This document shows positions 12,540-26,970 of a stretch of DNA of 64,000 nt, in pieces; positions within the stretch are counted from its first letter, which is position 1, and each line of letters starts with the position of its first letter. Source of the stretch: Heptranchias perlo (Eukaryota); contig NC_090338.1 in NCBI RefSeq assembly GCF_035084215.1, forward strand, positions 9,114,001 through 9,178,000, in the 5' to 3' direction. A model generated the notes under the pieces. That model did not search any database. It worked only from the letters and a program-made list of their open reading frames with translations, and was not told the DNA's origin. Position numbers and translations under genes: made by a program.

Positions 12540-15500
12540 GAGCTACATTCACAAGATCACAAGATAATTGCAGATGAGGATGACCATACGGCCTATCTTA
12601 ATGTATTGATCCAGAAGCACCATGCACTCTCTCTATTGTAGTTTCCAATTGTTTCTTAAGTGATTCCACTACTTTATTGGGGAGTCGATTTCATGCGTTA
12701 ACCACGCCTTGTGTAAGAAAAATAAATCCTGATAGAAATCCAATATTTGCCTTTTATTACTTTTAAACTGTTTCCACCGTCCTGCTCTTGCAACTTAATT
12801 TGAAAAAAAACATTGTGGATTTTCCCTTTCCATACCTGAAATATCACCTCTAAGATACTTACTTTTAAGGCTGCAAAGCTTTAGTTTCTCTGTTGTTTCC
12901 TCATGGCTTAAAGCTCTACCATAAGGGATCAGCCACCTGGCTCTTCTCTGAAGTTCTTCCAGTGATTGCACGCTATCCTTGTGTTTCAGTGAGCAGCATT
13001 GGACACTGTAATCAAGGTGCGGTGCAACTACAGCACTATACATCTTGAACACGACATCCCATGACTGATGTTCCACTGTTTGGCTATTTAGTACAACTTT
13101 TTTTTAATTCATTCATGGGATATAGGCGTCACTGGCAAGGCCAGCATTTATTGCCCATTCCTAATCGCCCTTGAAAAGGTGGTGGTGAGCCGCCTACTTG
13201 AACCGCTGAAATCCGTGTGGTGAAGGTACTTCCACAGTGCTGTTAGGTAGGGAGTTCCAAGATTTTGACCCAGCTATGATGAAAGAACGGCGATATATTT
13301 CCACGTTGGGATGGTGTGTGACTTGGAGGGGAACGTGCTGATGGTGTTGTTCCCATGTGCCGGCTGCCCTTGTCCTTCTAGGTGCTAGAGATGCGGGTTT
13401 GGGAGGTGCTGTCGAAGAAGCCTTGGCGGGTTTCTGCAGTGCATCCTGTGGATGGTACACTGTGCAGCCACGGTGTGCCGTTGGTGAAGGGAGTGAATGT
13501 TTGAGGTGGTAGATGGAGTACCAAACAAGCGGGCTGCTTTGTCCTGGATTGTTTCGAGCTTCTTGAGTGCTGAAGCTGCACTCATCCAGGCAAGTGGAGA
13601 GTATTCCATCACACTCCTGACTTGTGCCTTGTAGATGGTGGAAAGTCTTTGGGGAGTTAGAGGTTGTGTCACTCGCCGCAGAATACCCAGCCTTTGATCT
13701 GGTCTTGTAGCCACAGTATTTATATCGCTGGTCCAGTTAAGTTTCTGGTCAATAATGACCCCCAGGATGTTGATGGTGGGGGATTTGGCAATGGTAATGC
13801 CGTTGAATGTCAAGGGGAGGTGGTTGGACTCTCTTCTGTTGGAGATGGTCATTGCCTGGCACTTGTCTGGCACGAATGTTATTTGCCACTTATCAGCCCA
13901 AGCCTGGATGTTGTCCAGATCTTGCAATATGCGGGCACAGACTGCTTCATTATCTGAGAATGGAACAGAACACTGTGCAATCATCAGCGAACATCCTCAT
14001 TTCTGACCTTATGATGGAGGGAAGGTCATTGATGAAGCAGCTGAAGATGGTTGGGCCTAGGACACTGCCCTGAGGAACTCCTGCAACAATGTCCTGGGGC
14101 TGAGATGATTGGCCTCCAACAACTACTACCATCTTCCTTTGTGCTAGGTATGACTGTAGCCACTGCAGAGTTTTCCCCCTGATTCCCATTGACTTCAATT
14201 TTACTAGGGCTCCTTGGTGTCACACTCAGTCAAATGCTGCCTTGATGTCAAGGGCAGTCACTCTCACCTCACCTCTGGAACTCAGCTCTTTTGTCCATGT
14301 TAGGACCAAGGCTGTAATGAGGCCTGGTGCTGAGTTGTCTTGGAGGAACCCAAACTGGGCATCGGTGAGCAGGTTATGGTGAGTAAGTGCCACTTGATAG
14401 CACTGTCGACGATACCTTCCATCACTTTGCTGATGATTGAGGGTAGACTGATGGGGAAGTAATTGGCAGGATTGGATTTGTCCTGCTTTTTGTGGACAGG
14501 ACATTCCTGGGCAATTTTCCACAATTTCAGGTAGATGCCAGTGTTGTAGCTGTACTGGAACAGTTTGGCTAGAGGCGCAGCTAGTTCTGGAGCACAAGTC
14601 TTCAGCACGACAGCTGGGATGTTGTCGGGGCCCATAGCCTTTGCTGTATCCACTGCACTCAGCCATTTCTTGATATCACGTGGAGTGAATCGAATTGATT
14701 GATGACTGGTTTCTGTGATGGTGGGGATATCGGGAGGAGGCCAAGATGGATCATGCACTCGGCACTTCTGGCTGAAGATGGTTGCAAACGCTACAGCCTT
14801 GTCTTCTGCACTCACTTGCTGGGCTCTGCCATCATTGAGGATGGGGATGTTCACAGAGCCTGCTCCTCCCATTCGTTGTTTAATTGTCCACTACCATTCA
14901 CGACTGGATGTGGCAGGACTGCAGAACTTTGACCTGATTCATTGGTTGTGGATTTGCTAAATCCTGTCTATGGCATGTTGCATCCGCTGTTCAGCATGCG
15001 TGTAGTTCTGTATTGTAGCTTCACCAGTTTGTTACCTAATTTTTAGGTACCCCTGGTGCTGCTCCTGCTTTACTCTTCTACACTCCTCATTGAACCAAGT
15101 TTGATCCCATTGCTTGTTGGTAATAGGAGAGTGAGAAAATGCCAGGCCATGAGGTTACAGATTGTGCTGAAATACAATTCTGCTGCTGCTGATGGCCCAC
15201 AGCGCCACATGGATGCCCAGTTTTGAGATGCTAAATCTATCCCATTTAGCACGGTGTTGATTGTTGCTCTGCATTGGTCGGATATGTTCAGTGTTGAGTC
15301 TACTAAGACTGCGATGTCTCTTTTAGCTTCGTCCTTAAATATTATCTTCCTATTTTCAGTATTTTGCATTTTTTTGAATAATTATTTTCTGCCATCGTCT
15401 ACCACACGCATCTTTTGTTGAACTCATTCTATAATTTCTGAGCTGCTTCCTCTGATTCCACAGCCCCTCCCAGTTTGATGTCAGCAACACATTTAACCAG

Positions 15501-16760
15501 ATTACAATTGTGTTTCCGTGTTTAGGTAATTTATGCAAAAAAAAACAGTAGTTATCTCCGTCTCCTGATCCCTGAGACTCTCCACTCAATGCTCCGTCAA
15601 ATTGACATAACTCCTTCAGCCAGTACTAATTGTTTTCTACCGGTAAACTTGTTTATCATCTATTATCAGGGTTCCCTCTGAATACTAATAGCTTTCTGTC
15701 TGACTAATAGGAAACGTTTTCGAATGCTTTTTGGAAGTTTATGTACAATATATGGTATAGCTTTCTACTTGGGACATCATTTGCTCAAAACTTCTAAGTG
15801 CATGGTCAAATATAATCATCCCCATCGGAATCCCGGTTGGCCTACTGTTTACTAATTCTTTATTGTACAGCTAATTACCATCGAGTTTACTCCTGGTAAT
15901 CAATTCCATTATTTTACATGGAATGGACGTGACACCAATAGGTCTGTAGATGCCTCTATTTGCTTTGTTACCTTTTTTGAATATGGACAACACATTGGCC
16001 CGTTTTCAGTTTAATGATATCTCCCCAGTGTCCATTAATTCTGTCACTATGGTTGTCAGTGCCTCACACATCTCCCCCCCCCCCCAACCCCGCCCTTAGT
16101 ATGTCCAGGATTTCTATCTCATTTCTTTCACGTTACTTTCACATTGATTATCTGTATATTTGCAGGGACCGTTGCTCACGTCTTCCCTTGTAAACACAGA
16201 GTAAATGATTATCCTTAATATGACTTATCTTGTGCTCACACTGAGTTTGAATTCTGTTTGCATTTCTTATAGTTTTTAGTTTTTCTCTGACTACGCTCGC
16301 TGCTGTAGTGCTGTTTTTTTTACGGTCCCGATTTGTGCCTTCTGCTATGCTGTTCTCCAGGTCTCTGTTCATCATCTTAATGTATTTCTGTATTTTCTTA
16401 TATTGATCCCATTAATCCCTTTCTCCGCTTCCCCTGCAAAATATGTAGATTTCACTTTTCCACTTTATGTCACTTCTAATTTGCTTGGTATTACATTTTG
16501 GTCATGTTTGTTTTTTCTGAACCTATTAATTTTTAATACAAATGTATCTTTCATGCCCAGCATTATACCTATAAAGATGTTCGACTTCCTCTTTTGAAGT
16601 GCTGTTGAACGACTTCTGCCAATCTACGTGTTTTAGTTGTCCCCCTATTCCATTGAATGGCACCTTTTCAAAGTTACATGCTGGTCTTACTGCTGGTCTT
16701 TGGTATTTCTTATCCCCAGATCATCTTAAATTTGATCTATCCACCAAGGATGCCACAGTT
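12540..16760 (-). mobile_element. Old CR1 LINE interrupted by a family B copy
   Basis: Minus-strand CR1 RT remnants: YSVQCCS..LEELQRRARWLIP (12795-13076) and ANVLSIFKKGNKANRGIYRPIGVTSIPCK (about 15905-16005); outer limits approximate. Confidence 0.6.
13098..15256 (-). mobile_element. LINE family B, RT-containing, frameshifted
   Basis: ORFs 14300-14872 (KTCAPELAAPLAKLFQYSYNTG), 13950-14198 (GVPQGSVLGPTIF, FADD) and 13385-13984; reverse tail at 13098. Confidence 0.9.
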
Positions 16761-17264
16761 AAATTTCACTACGGAGCTGCTCACAGGGAGTGAGAACCAC
16801 GTATCGTCTTTAGGTGCAGTGGAATTATAAATTGTTAGGGATAATTGGACTAGTGCACATTCAATCACTATTTTAAATCCATACAGTCTGTTCTTCGTAT
16901 TAAATAATACTTTGATTTCATATTATGACTAGGTTATCTCCCGTTTTGTTACACATAGGAATCGAAGAACCAAATGTATTCATCAGATGAATTTGGTTTA
17001 GATGGCGGGGATAATTGCAGTGGAGTAAGTTGTTAAAACCCAGCCCCAATTGTCAAACATTATATTGAGATCTAAGAGTTATATAATACTTCGATTCATT
17101 ATTTTTATTCATATCTAAATTGCAAACATTAGCAGAGAAGCAGAGTTGTTTGGAGCATAGGAGTTCCTCCACACTACAGGCTGAATAACTGGGAGAAACA
17201 GAACTGATTTGCTATAGCAACACCACAAGAGGGTGTAATTACAGCAAGACAACTTCACATATAT

Positions 17265-17790
17265 AGGACTTGATATTCCCCCGAGTGGACTTTTGGCGGC
17301 AAGCCGGCGGAACTCCTTGGCCGGCTGCCCCATAGTCCTGGCGGGAGTCGCGGTCTATTTTGAGATGCGGTGTTCATTAACATTGCCATTGCGAGCTGCT
17401 GCCAGAGATTGAGTGTCCCAGGACAACCCATTTCGGGCCGAAATAAAGTAGAGGCATGGCGGAGTGCCCGATCTCAGGAAGGGGCGAGTCAGAACGCCAC
17501 AAGCTCAGGCTGCTTCTTTGGAGCCTGGAGGAGCACTCCTCCGGGCTCCTCTTCTGCCGTGCCACCAGTTGATACTGATCAGAGCGCGCAAAGCAAACTG
17601 TCTGCCCATTTCAGTCCACAAATGACAGCCGGGATGTTTGCATTTTAAATTAGCCTAGCGCCTGACTCGGGCCCACTCTGGCCGCCCAGCAGTCGGCCCA
17701 GGGGAACATTGCCAGGGAATGGACTGTTTGCCTTTCCTCACCATGTTTGGGGTACTACCGACATATTTCCACTGGGCAGAATTTAAAATG
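17265..17790. mobile_element. GC-rich probable non-autonomous DNA element
   Basis: Abrupt GC-rich island in AT-rich DNA with weak inverted ends (gatattcccc..ggggaacatt); a similar style of sequence flanks the LINE pair at 6160-6747 and 8267-8350. Confidence 0.3.
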
Positions 17791-18299
17791 GAAAAGCTGA
17801 TAGTAAGTGCACAGTGAAATAGCAAAACTTGGAACAATTTGAGCGAGAGAAGTAGAATTGTTTGGACCATAGACGCTTATGTGTAGTACACACAAGGGAG
17901 CTGAGCGATGCAAAATTGAGGTAATGCAGCACCAGCATTGGCAGGACGATGTACTTGCAGTGTGACAAGTTTCCACATAAATGTGGACACAAAAATTGAT
18001 AATTGAAAATGTTGATGCAATAGCATGATTAAAAAATGTGAAAACGGGAAGTACGGCTTTGTACAAAGGAAGTACGTGCAGATATAATTTTCAAAAGATA
18101 TTCTAGATCCAAATACACAGATTTTATTATTTATTGATTTTGTTGTAAACTGGCTATTCCCTTTTGAATTGGAGAGGTCGGGTAACCAAAATCGCGCAAA
18201 TACCAATTATTCTTTTCCAGGATTTATAAAGAACATTTCAGTTTGATAGTGAGCATTGGGAACATCTTACGAAAAGAGATATGTTTCTAAAAAATATAT

Positions 18300-19000
18300 C
18301 AAGGACATTGGAGAAGTGAAGCCTTCAAGTGATGAATGTATGGACTGGGGTCTCAGTAGAATACAGCCAGTGATAGAAAGGTAAATAGAAGAAAGAGATT
18401 TTGGTAATAGAGCTCAAGACGGGCGTAATCTCATCTCAAAGCTCGTAAGGATCCTAAGGTTGCATACTTTGTAACTCACCTTAAGATGGAAACTTGGGAT
18501 TGGTGGGCTGTCTGTTAAGGCCAGAAGCAAGAATAGAAGTTAAAGAGAATTGGTTTTATAACATTCAGCTGAAGAACTTTTTGGGTCATACAAATCTTAA
18601 AATAAAACAGGCATTCCGAGAATGTGACAACTACCATTGAATGGATGGGGACGGGGTGGGTGCAGGGGTGTAGAGCATAAAGATATTAGTGTGCATCTGG
18701 AAGCTTACCCCATACCTCTGTATAATGTTGCCTAGGGCACCATGTAGATTATGATGCTGAATAGGGACATGGATAGGGTGACTGGGTGAGCAAAAGGCAT
18801 AAATGTATTGTCTGCATTGAGTTAATGAAGTGCAGGACCAGAAGAGAGGAGATCGATTGCAGGGGAGAGACATTTTGGACAGACTATATCATTACGTAGT
18901 GTTGAAAAAGGTCTGAGATTAGGATGAATAGATAATGTGGGGAACGTATGAGGACGGGGTAGCAATTGGGTAAAAAATTTAGAATTGTTTATGCTTGTTA
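18300..19000 (-). mobile_element. Degenerate L2-like LINE RT fragment
   Basis: Minus ORF 18631-18873 (LGNIIQRYGVSFQMHT..LY) resembles the L2 RT region preceding YADD. Confidence 0.45.
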
Positions 19001-19459
19001 GAATACTCTTGAAGCAGATAGCATGGCAATATATGGTATATATATATATATTATTGGCAGGTTTACATGGAGATAGAATCATAAAAGTTTACAGCTCAGA
19101 AAGAGGCCATTCGGCCTATCGAGTAAGTATCATCTGTTTGTTAGAGTAATTCGCAACTAATCTCTCAACCCACAGCGCTATATATATATCCCTCTATTTT
19201 AGATATGTATCCATTTTGTCTTAAAATAAACAATGGTCTCTTCTTCCATGATTGTCTGCAGTAGAACATTCGGTGCTGCAACAACCCTTCCCATATTGAC
19301 ATTGCGTTGAATTTGTATTTGTACTGCCCGGAGGAAAACAGCGGTACAGAATCAGCTGCCCGTTTATTGCCAGGTGGTAAAAGGGAAAATTCAGCATATC
19401 ACTTCTAACTCAGTCTTTTTAGTGATAATATTGAATTGTTTACTATTCAACACTGACGT

Positions 19460-20877
19460 CTTTAAAAGGGAGAAAGAGATAGACCGAGTAATTATAGACC
19501 AATCAGTCTAACCTCGGTGGCGAGCAAATTATTGGAATCGATTCTGAGGGAAAGCATAAATCATCATTTAGAAAGGCATGGGTTAATCAAGGACAGTCAA
19601 CACGGATTTGTTAAGGGAAAGTCCTGTCTGACTAACTTGATTGAATTTTTTGAGGCAGGTAACAAGGAGGGCCGATGAGGATAAGCGTTTGATGTTGTGA
19701 ACATGGATTTTAGCAAGGCTTTTGTCAAGGTCCCACATGGCAGACTGGTAAAAAGTAAAAGCTCATGGGATCCAAGGGAAAGTGGCTATTTGGATCGAAA
19801 ATTGGCTAAGTGGCAGGAAGCAAAAGTAACGGTTGACGGGAGTTTTTGGGAATGGAAGGCTGATTCCAGTGGGGCCCTGCAAGGCTCAGTACTAAGTCCC
19901 TTGCTTTTTGTCGTACATATTAATGATTTGGACTTGAATGTGTGGGGCTTGATCAAGAAGTTTGCAGATGATACAAAAATTGGCCATGTGGTTGATAGTG
20001 AGGAGGAAAGCAGGCAGAAAGTTATCAATGGACTGGTCAGGTGGGCAGAAAAGTGGCAAATGAAATGCAATAAAGAGAAGTGTGAGGTAATGCATTTGGG
20101 GAAGGCAAACAAGGCAAGGGAGTACACAATAAGTGGGAGGCTACTGAGAGGTGTAGAGGAACAAAGGGGCCTTGGAATGCATGTCTACAGATCCCCGACG
20201 GTAGCAGGACAGGTAGATAAGGTCGTTAAAAAGGCATACGGGATACTTTCCTTTATTAGCCAAGGCATAGAATATAAGAGCAGAGAGGTTATGCTAGAAC
20301 TGTAAAAAATCATTGGTTAGGCCACAACTTGAGTACTGCATATAGTTCTGGTCACTACATTACAGGAAAGATGTGATTGCACGAGAGAGTTTACAGAGGA
20401 GATTTACGAGGATGTTGCCAGGGCTGGAGAATTTTAGTTATGAGAAAAGATTGGATAGGCTGGGGTTGTTTTCTTTGTAACAAAGGAGGCTGAGGGAGAT
20501 TTAATTGAGGTATATAAACTTATGACAGGAATAGATAGAGGGGATAGGGAGGACATACTTCCCTTAGCAGAGGGGTCATTGACCAGGGGGCATAGATTTA
20601 AAGTAATTGGTAGAAGGATTAGAGGGGAGCCGAGGAGAATTTCTTTTTCACCCAGAGGGTAGTGGGGGTCTGGAACTCACTGCCTGAAAGGGTAGTAGAG
20701 GCAGAAACCGTCAACTCATTTAAAAAGTACTTCGATGTGCACTTGAAGTGCTGTAATCTACAGGGCTAGGGACCAAGTGTTGGAAAGTGGGATTAAGCTG
20801 GATAGCTCTTTTTCGGCCGGCACAGACACGATGAGCCGAATGGCCTCCTTTTGTGCCGTAACTTTCTATGATTATAT
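19460..20877 (+). mobile_element. CR1 LINE, 5' truncated, frameshifted RT
   Basis: ORF 19697-20305 MDFSKAFVKVPH..QGSVLSPLLF..KFADDTK; CR1 3' tail ggccggcacagacacgatgagccgaatggcctcc..ttctatgatt. Confidence 0.9.
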
Positions 20878-20889
20878 GACAACTCATCC

Positions 20890-21266
20890 AAAATGGGACA
20901 AGTAAAGAAACAAAAGATAAGCCTGAAGACATGTGACTGGCAACAGCAGAACAATTACCAATACCTGCTGTCTGAAAAAAATGGGAGCAGTGGTTATGAT
21001 TTGAAGTTATTCCTCTGTCAGGAATGTTGTAAAGTGTCTCATCAAAAGATGCTGTTCCTCCAGCTGCTGTTGAACTTATTTGGAACAGTATAGGAGGCCG
21101 AGGACAGAGAGGTCAGAGTGGGAGTGGGACGGAGAATTAAAATGACCAGCAACTGGAAGCTCAGGGTCAGGCTTGTGGATTGAACGGAGGTGTTTAGCAA
21201 AGATTGGGTTATGGCTTTTCCATTTTAATTCTCCGCTCCACTCCCACTCTGACCTCCCTGTGGCCT
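20890..21266. mobile_element. Penelope-like fragment with internal inversion
   Basis: Shares atgggacaagtaaagaaacaaaagat with 37756-37782; 41-bp inverted arms at 21104-21144 and 21221-21261. Confidence 0.5.
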
Positions 21267-21319
21267 AGCCAATGATTTGTAGAAATGTATCAATTATTTC
21301 TTAACCGTTTTACCGTACT

Positions 21320-22740
21320 GGACATAGGAAAGGCTACGGCCTTGACAACATCCCAGCTGTAGTACTGAAGAACTATGCTCCAGAACAGGCCGTGCCTTAG
21401 CTAAGCTTTTCCAATACAGTAACTATATTGGCATCTACTTGACAATGTGGAAAGTTGCCCAGGTATGTCCTGTCCACAAAAAGCAGGAAAATTGCAACTC
21501 AGCCAATTACTGCCTCATCAGCCAACACGTAACCTTCAGCAAGGGGACGGAAGGAGTGATCAACAGTGCTTTTAAAGTGGCATTTAATTACTAATAACTT
21601 GCTCACCTATGCTCAGTTTTGGGATCCACCAATACCATTAGGCTCCAGACCTCATTACAGTCTTCGTCCAAACATGGTGCAAGAGATGAATTCCAGAGAT
21701 TAGGTGAGACTGAATGCTCTTAACATCAAGGCAGCATTCGACTGAATGTGACAGCAAGGAGCTCTAGTAAAACTGAAGTCAATGGGGATCAAGAGAAAAA
21801 GACTCAGGTGGCTGAAGTCATATCTAGCACAAAGGATGATGGCTGTGGTAGTTGGAGGCCAATCATAAGATCAGAAGTTGGGCCATTCCCTTATAATTGT
21901 GCAGTGTTCTGCTCAATTTGCAATTCCTCACATAATGAAGCAGCCCATGCCTGCATGCAGCAAGACATGGGCAAAATCCAGGCTTGGGCTGATACGCAGC
22001 TAATAACAGTTGCACCACGCAAGTGCCAGGCAATGACCATCTCCAACAACAGAGAACATAACCACCTCTCCTTGCCATTCAATGGCATTGCCATCACAGA
22101 ATACCCCACTACCAACATCCTCGGATTCGCAATTGACCAAAAACTTTATTGGACCCGCCACATAAATTTCGTGGCTACTGGAAGAGGTCAGAGGCTCACC
22201 TTCTGACTCCCAAAGCCTGTCTACCGGCTACAAGGCACAAGTCAGGAGTGTGATGGAATAATCCCCACTTGATTGGATAGGTGCAGCTGCAACAACACTT
22301 AAGAAGATCGACACCATCCAGTACAAAACAGTCTGCTTGATTAGCATCCCATCAATTAGCTTAAACATTCATACCTCTACCACCAGTATGTTGTATCCAC
22401 AGAATGCACAACACGCGTCATCTTGGCTTCTTTAGTACCTCCCTTAGCTGCGACCTCCACCGCTAGAAGGACAAGGGCAGCAGGTGCATGTGAATACTAT
22501 CACCTTCAAGAACCCTCCAAGTCACACACCACCCTGACATATGCATATATTGCCATTCTGTCATTGTCGCTTGGTCAAAATCCAGGAACTCCCTACCTAA
22601 TAGCATCATGGGTGTACCATTGCCATGTGGACTGCAACGATTCAAGAAGAAAGCCCAGCACTACCTTTTCAATGGCGATAATGAAATGGGCAATAAATGC
22701 CGGCCTTGCCAGTGATGCCAACATCCTCAAGAATGATAAA
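21320..22740 (+). mobile_element. Old LINE family B copy
   Basis: Degenerate match (QQDMGKIQAWAD, KCQAMTISN); tail gcaataaatgccggccttgccagtgatgcc. Confidence 0.8.
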
Positions 22741-23269
22741 CAAAACTCTAGAATGTTTGCGTCTGCTATTCTTGGGAAACATTTCGAGGTACTCTTCAAT
22801 TAATTAGAAGAAGTGTTTTCTGACATGAGTTGTAAACTTGCCCTTTACTGATTCCTGTTCATGTTCTCGTGTCCTAAAGTGTGATTAATGTGAAGTTGAT
22901 CTCAAGATTAACCTTCATTATTCCACTAGGATATATTTATAATATAGTAAACTCTCATTCCTGCGCACACTTCTTATTTCAATGTTTTTTCCCCTTATAA
23001 ATTCCTACATACATATTTTTAAAACCTTTGTAAACTTATCACGCTGCAATTATACCATTTCGCCAAAGGTCACGTTTTAGTTCCTCGCTTTGCATCTCAT
23101 AGCCTGTTCTGCAGAGAGAGGTCCAAGAGCACACTACAGATCAAAGAATGTGATGGACATGGCGGAGGGAAGGCAATAAGCAGAATGGAGTTCGGCGGCC
23201 AGCTTAGCAGCACTGGAAGCAGGCAGGGAGACGAACAAATGTGGAGATTTTCCAAAGGGTAATATTTCA

Positions 23270-24650
23270 AGAGAACAAGGACATTGTTTCCAGTGGCAGA
23301 AGGGTCAGTAACCAGCGGTTACAGATTTAAGGTGATTGGCAAAAGAACCAGAGGCTACATGAGGAAACATTTTTTTCAGACTGAGTTATAATGATCCGGA
23401 ATGCATTGCCTGAAAGGCTAGTGGAAGCAGATTCAATAGTAACTTTCAACAAATACAGGACTATGGGGAAAGAGCAGGAGAATGGGACTAATTGGGTAGC
23501 TTTTTCAAAGAACCGACACAGGCACGATGGGCCGAATGGCCCCCTCCTGTTGTGTACCTATTACTGTATATACTATTAGTGGCTGAAAGGTGGCTGTTAC
23601 GAATGGTGGAGCAAAGAAAACGGGGAATAAAATAATAGAGCAGTTTCGGTACAGCAAGGGATGTATAAGGGGATATAAAGCTGAAGTTAGAGTTGGGTAA
23701 GCCCGTGGAAGTATTTGACGAAGACGCAAGAAACTCGAAATTGATTCGCGCGGCATGGGAGCGACTGCAGCCTAGCGAGAACCAGAGTACTGAAAGTTCA
23801 CAGCTTTAAGCATCTGATAAAGGTAAGGGAATACAATTTGGAATGGCCTATAATTTGTGAAATGAGAAAGATCATTACAGTATTAAGGCTAAGTCACTGA
23901 ATATATTCAAGGCTGAGTTAGATAATTTTTTGATCAGCAAGGGAGTCAAAGGATATGGGAAACAGGCGGGGAAGTGGAGTAGATGCCCGAATCAAATCAG
24001 CCATGATGTCATTGAATGGCGGAGCAGGCTCGAGGGGCCAAATGGCCTACTCCTGCTCCTATCTCTTATGTTCTTATGTAAATTGGGCCGGGCGATAACA
24101 AGTACATGGATTGGAGTCATGACAGCAGCGACAGAGAGATAGGAGCAGCGATAGACAGTATTGTGATGACTAAAGCAGGTGCTCTGGGTAATATAGGGAA
24201 ATAAGTATAGCTTGATTTACGCAGCATGTTCCGGTCCTGCACCTCTGTAGTTAGCCTGAGGTAGCAGCTGGAGAGATTAAGACCATAAGACCATAAGAGA
24301 TAGGAGCAGGAGTAGGCCATTCGGCCCCTCGAGCCTGCTCCACCATTCAATGAGATCATGGCTGATCTGATTTTTACCTCAACTCCACTTTCCCGCCCTT
24401 TCCCCATAGCCCTTGACTCACTTGCTGATCAAGAATTTGTCTTACTCAGCCTTGAGTGTATTCAATGACAGCCTCCACAGCTTTTTGGGGTAAAGAATTC
24501 CAAAGATTCAAGACCCTCTGGGAGAAGAAATTCCTCCTCATTTCCGTCTTAAACGGGCGACCCCTTACTCTGAGACTATGCCCCCTAGTTTTAGATTCCC
24601 CCATGAGGAGTAAGATCCTCTCAGCATCAACCCTATCGAGTCCCCCTGAT
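23270..24650. mobile_element. Cluster of CR1 3' fragments (two + strand, one - strand)
   Basis: Tails gaatggcggagcaggctcgaggggccaaatggcctactcctgctcct (24015-24080, +) and the reverse complement (24285-24650). Confidence 0.75.
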
Positions 24651-25159
24651 TAATTGCATTAAAAGAACGGGGGAATCGACAGAAGCCAATACAGGTGTTT
24701 CAGTTTTGTTTACATTAATCTGCAGGAAATGGCTCACTCAAGGTCTTAAATTGAAAAGTCAGCTGGAAAGTCTAACTACAGCCTTAGAATTAAAGAAGTC
24801 AAATAAGTAAAATTCTTTTTCATTAGCATTCATATTGAACGTGGTTCATGTTTTGGAGGCTCAGGGATGTAAGTTTTTCTAATCAACATTCACCATTCAA
24901 TCCTTTGGCACCATAAGTGAGCCTCAAAATCCTTCTCTGCATTTCCGGGCTTAGATCTTTCCCTTGTGCTTCGATCATCGGAGCTAAGCATAATCTTAAA
25001 GACATAGCTTGACTAGAACATAACCTAATTTCAGCCTCATTAAGTAAGACTTATACCGTAATCATTTTGCAATACATCGCAGCATTCTGGTTAATTCGTT
25101 AATTGTTCTGCAATATATGGTCAGGGATTGGTTTACTATCATTCACAGACCTCTTTATT

Positions 25160-26190
25160 TATTTTTATTTCCGCTCGAGATGTGGGTTACGCTGGCAATG
25201 TTGCATTTTACTGCTTATTCCAAGTTGTCGTGAGAAGGTAGCGGTAGTCCTTCTTATTGAATGCTGCCGTCTTTGTGATGATGATACTCCTACAATGGTG
25301 TTAAGTAGGGAATTCCACAATATTGACCTAGCGATGATAAAGAAATAGTAATATATACCCAAGTCAGAATGGTGTGTGATTTTGAGGGGAAGTTAGACGT
25401 AGTGGTGTTGCCACAACATTGTTGCTCTTGTCTTACTTCGTGATACAGATCGCAGGAGAGGGATGTGTTATCGAAATAACCTTGGTGAGTTGCTATGGTG
25501 TAACTGTAGATAAGGTATACTGCACCTAGAGTGCACCAGTGAAGTCAGAGAGGGGATGCCCAAATATTCTGCGCTGTATCGATTCTTGAGTGCTTTTTTG
25601 CGCACTCCCACCCAGGAGAATGTTACATATTTCACCAGCCTTCCAATTTCAGTCTTACGGATGACAGCAAGGCTTTGAGAAGTCAACATTAATTGAAAAC
25701 TACAAACCCTCTGCCCTGTTCTTGTGGCCATGGAGCTGATTAGGTAGATCCAGTTGTGTTATGGTCAATGGTCAGCTGATGGTGCGGGACTCAATGATGG
25801 TGGTGTCAATGAGTTCATAAGAACCTAAGAACAAAAGAAATTGGAGCAGGAGTAGGCCAAAAGGCCCCTGGAGTCTGCTCCTCCGTTCAATCAAATCATG
25901 GCTGATCTTCAACATCAACTCCACTTTCCTGCCCGATCCCCATATCCCTTTATTCCCCTAGAGTCAGGAGTTCAGGAGGCAGTGGTTGTGCTTTGTCTTG
26001 TTGGAGATGTTCATTGCCTGGCACTTATGTGGCATTAATGGTACCTTCCACTTGCCAGTCCAAACATAGGTGTTGTCCAATTCCTGCTGCAGCTCGTCAT
26101 GGGTTGCTTCATTGTCAGAACAGTTATTAATCGAGCTGACCACAGTGAAACGTTAGTAAAGAGTCCTGCTCCTGACTTTACGAAGGAGTG
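25160..26190 (-). mobile_element. Highly degenerate LINE family B with a nested CR1 tail at 25817-25965
   Basis: Patchy similarity to family B (ccttggtgagttgct, cattgcctggcactt); nested cataagaac..ggagcaggagtaggcc. Confidence 0.65.
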
Positions 26191-26404
26191 TAGCAGTGAA
26201 TTTAATGTTGAGGGCAGCTATTCCTACCTCTCATGTGGCATTCAGCTCCGGCATACATGTGCAGATGAAGGTTGTGGCATGTTATGCTTCTGTCATGATC
26301 CGAATTGAATGTCTAACCAAACAAGTAAACAACTAAACAATGGAAGCATATATCGAAAATAACGTATCAGAATAAATCAAACGTATGTTGTGTTGAAGCA
26401 ACGT

Positions 26405-26970
26405 ATGACCTCACCTGGAGAACTGTGTACAGATTTGGTTTCCTTATCTAAGGAAGGATATACTTGTCTTACAGGTGGTACAGCAAAGGTTCACCAGATT
26501 AATTCCTGGGAAGAGAGGGTTGTCCTATGAGGCGAGGTTGAGTAGAACAGGCCTATACTTTCTGGAGTTTAGAAGAATGAGAGGTGATCTATTTGAACCA
26601 TATAAGATTATGAGGGGGCTTGACAGGGTAGATGCTGAGAGGTTGTTTCCAATGGCTGAAGAGACTAGAATAAGGGGGCATAGTCGCAGGATAAGGGATC
26701 AGCCATTTAAGACTGAGATGAGGAGGCATTTCTTCACGCAGAGGGTTGTGAATCTTTGGATTTCGTTACCCTCGAGGGCTGTGGATGCTGAGTCATTGAA
26801 TATATTCAAGGCTGAGATAGACCAATTTCTGGACTCTAGGGGAATCACGGGTTATGGAGATCGGGCAGGAAAGTGGAGTTGAGGTCGAAGATCAGCCATG
26901 ATCTGATTGAATGGCAGAGCAGGATCGATGGGCCATGTGGCCTAGTCCTGCTCCCATTTCTTATGTTCTT
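26405..26970 (+). mobile_element. CR1 LINE 3' fragment
   Basis: ORF 26475-26882 VQQRFTRLIPG..LEFRRMRGDL..FFTQRVVNLW; CR1 tail. Confidence 0.9.

Noticed and set aside
18221-18380. Exon-like segment with a good acceptor and donor
   Set aside because: Stops in all three frames; overlaps decayed repeat sequence
23114-23258. Open segment ending MWRFSK, reminiscent of gamma constant DWRFSQ
   Set aside because: Wrong phase, length and motif position; the rest shows no similarity
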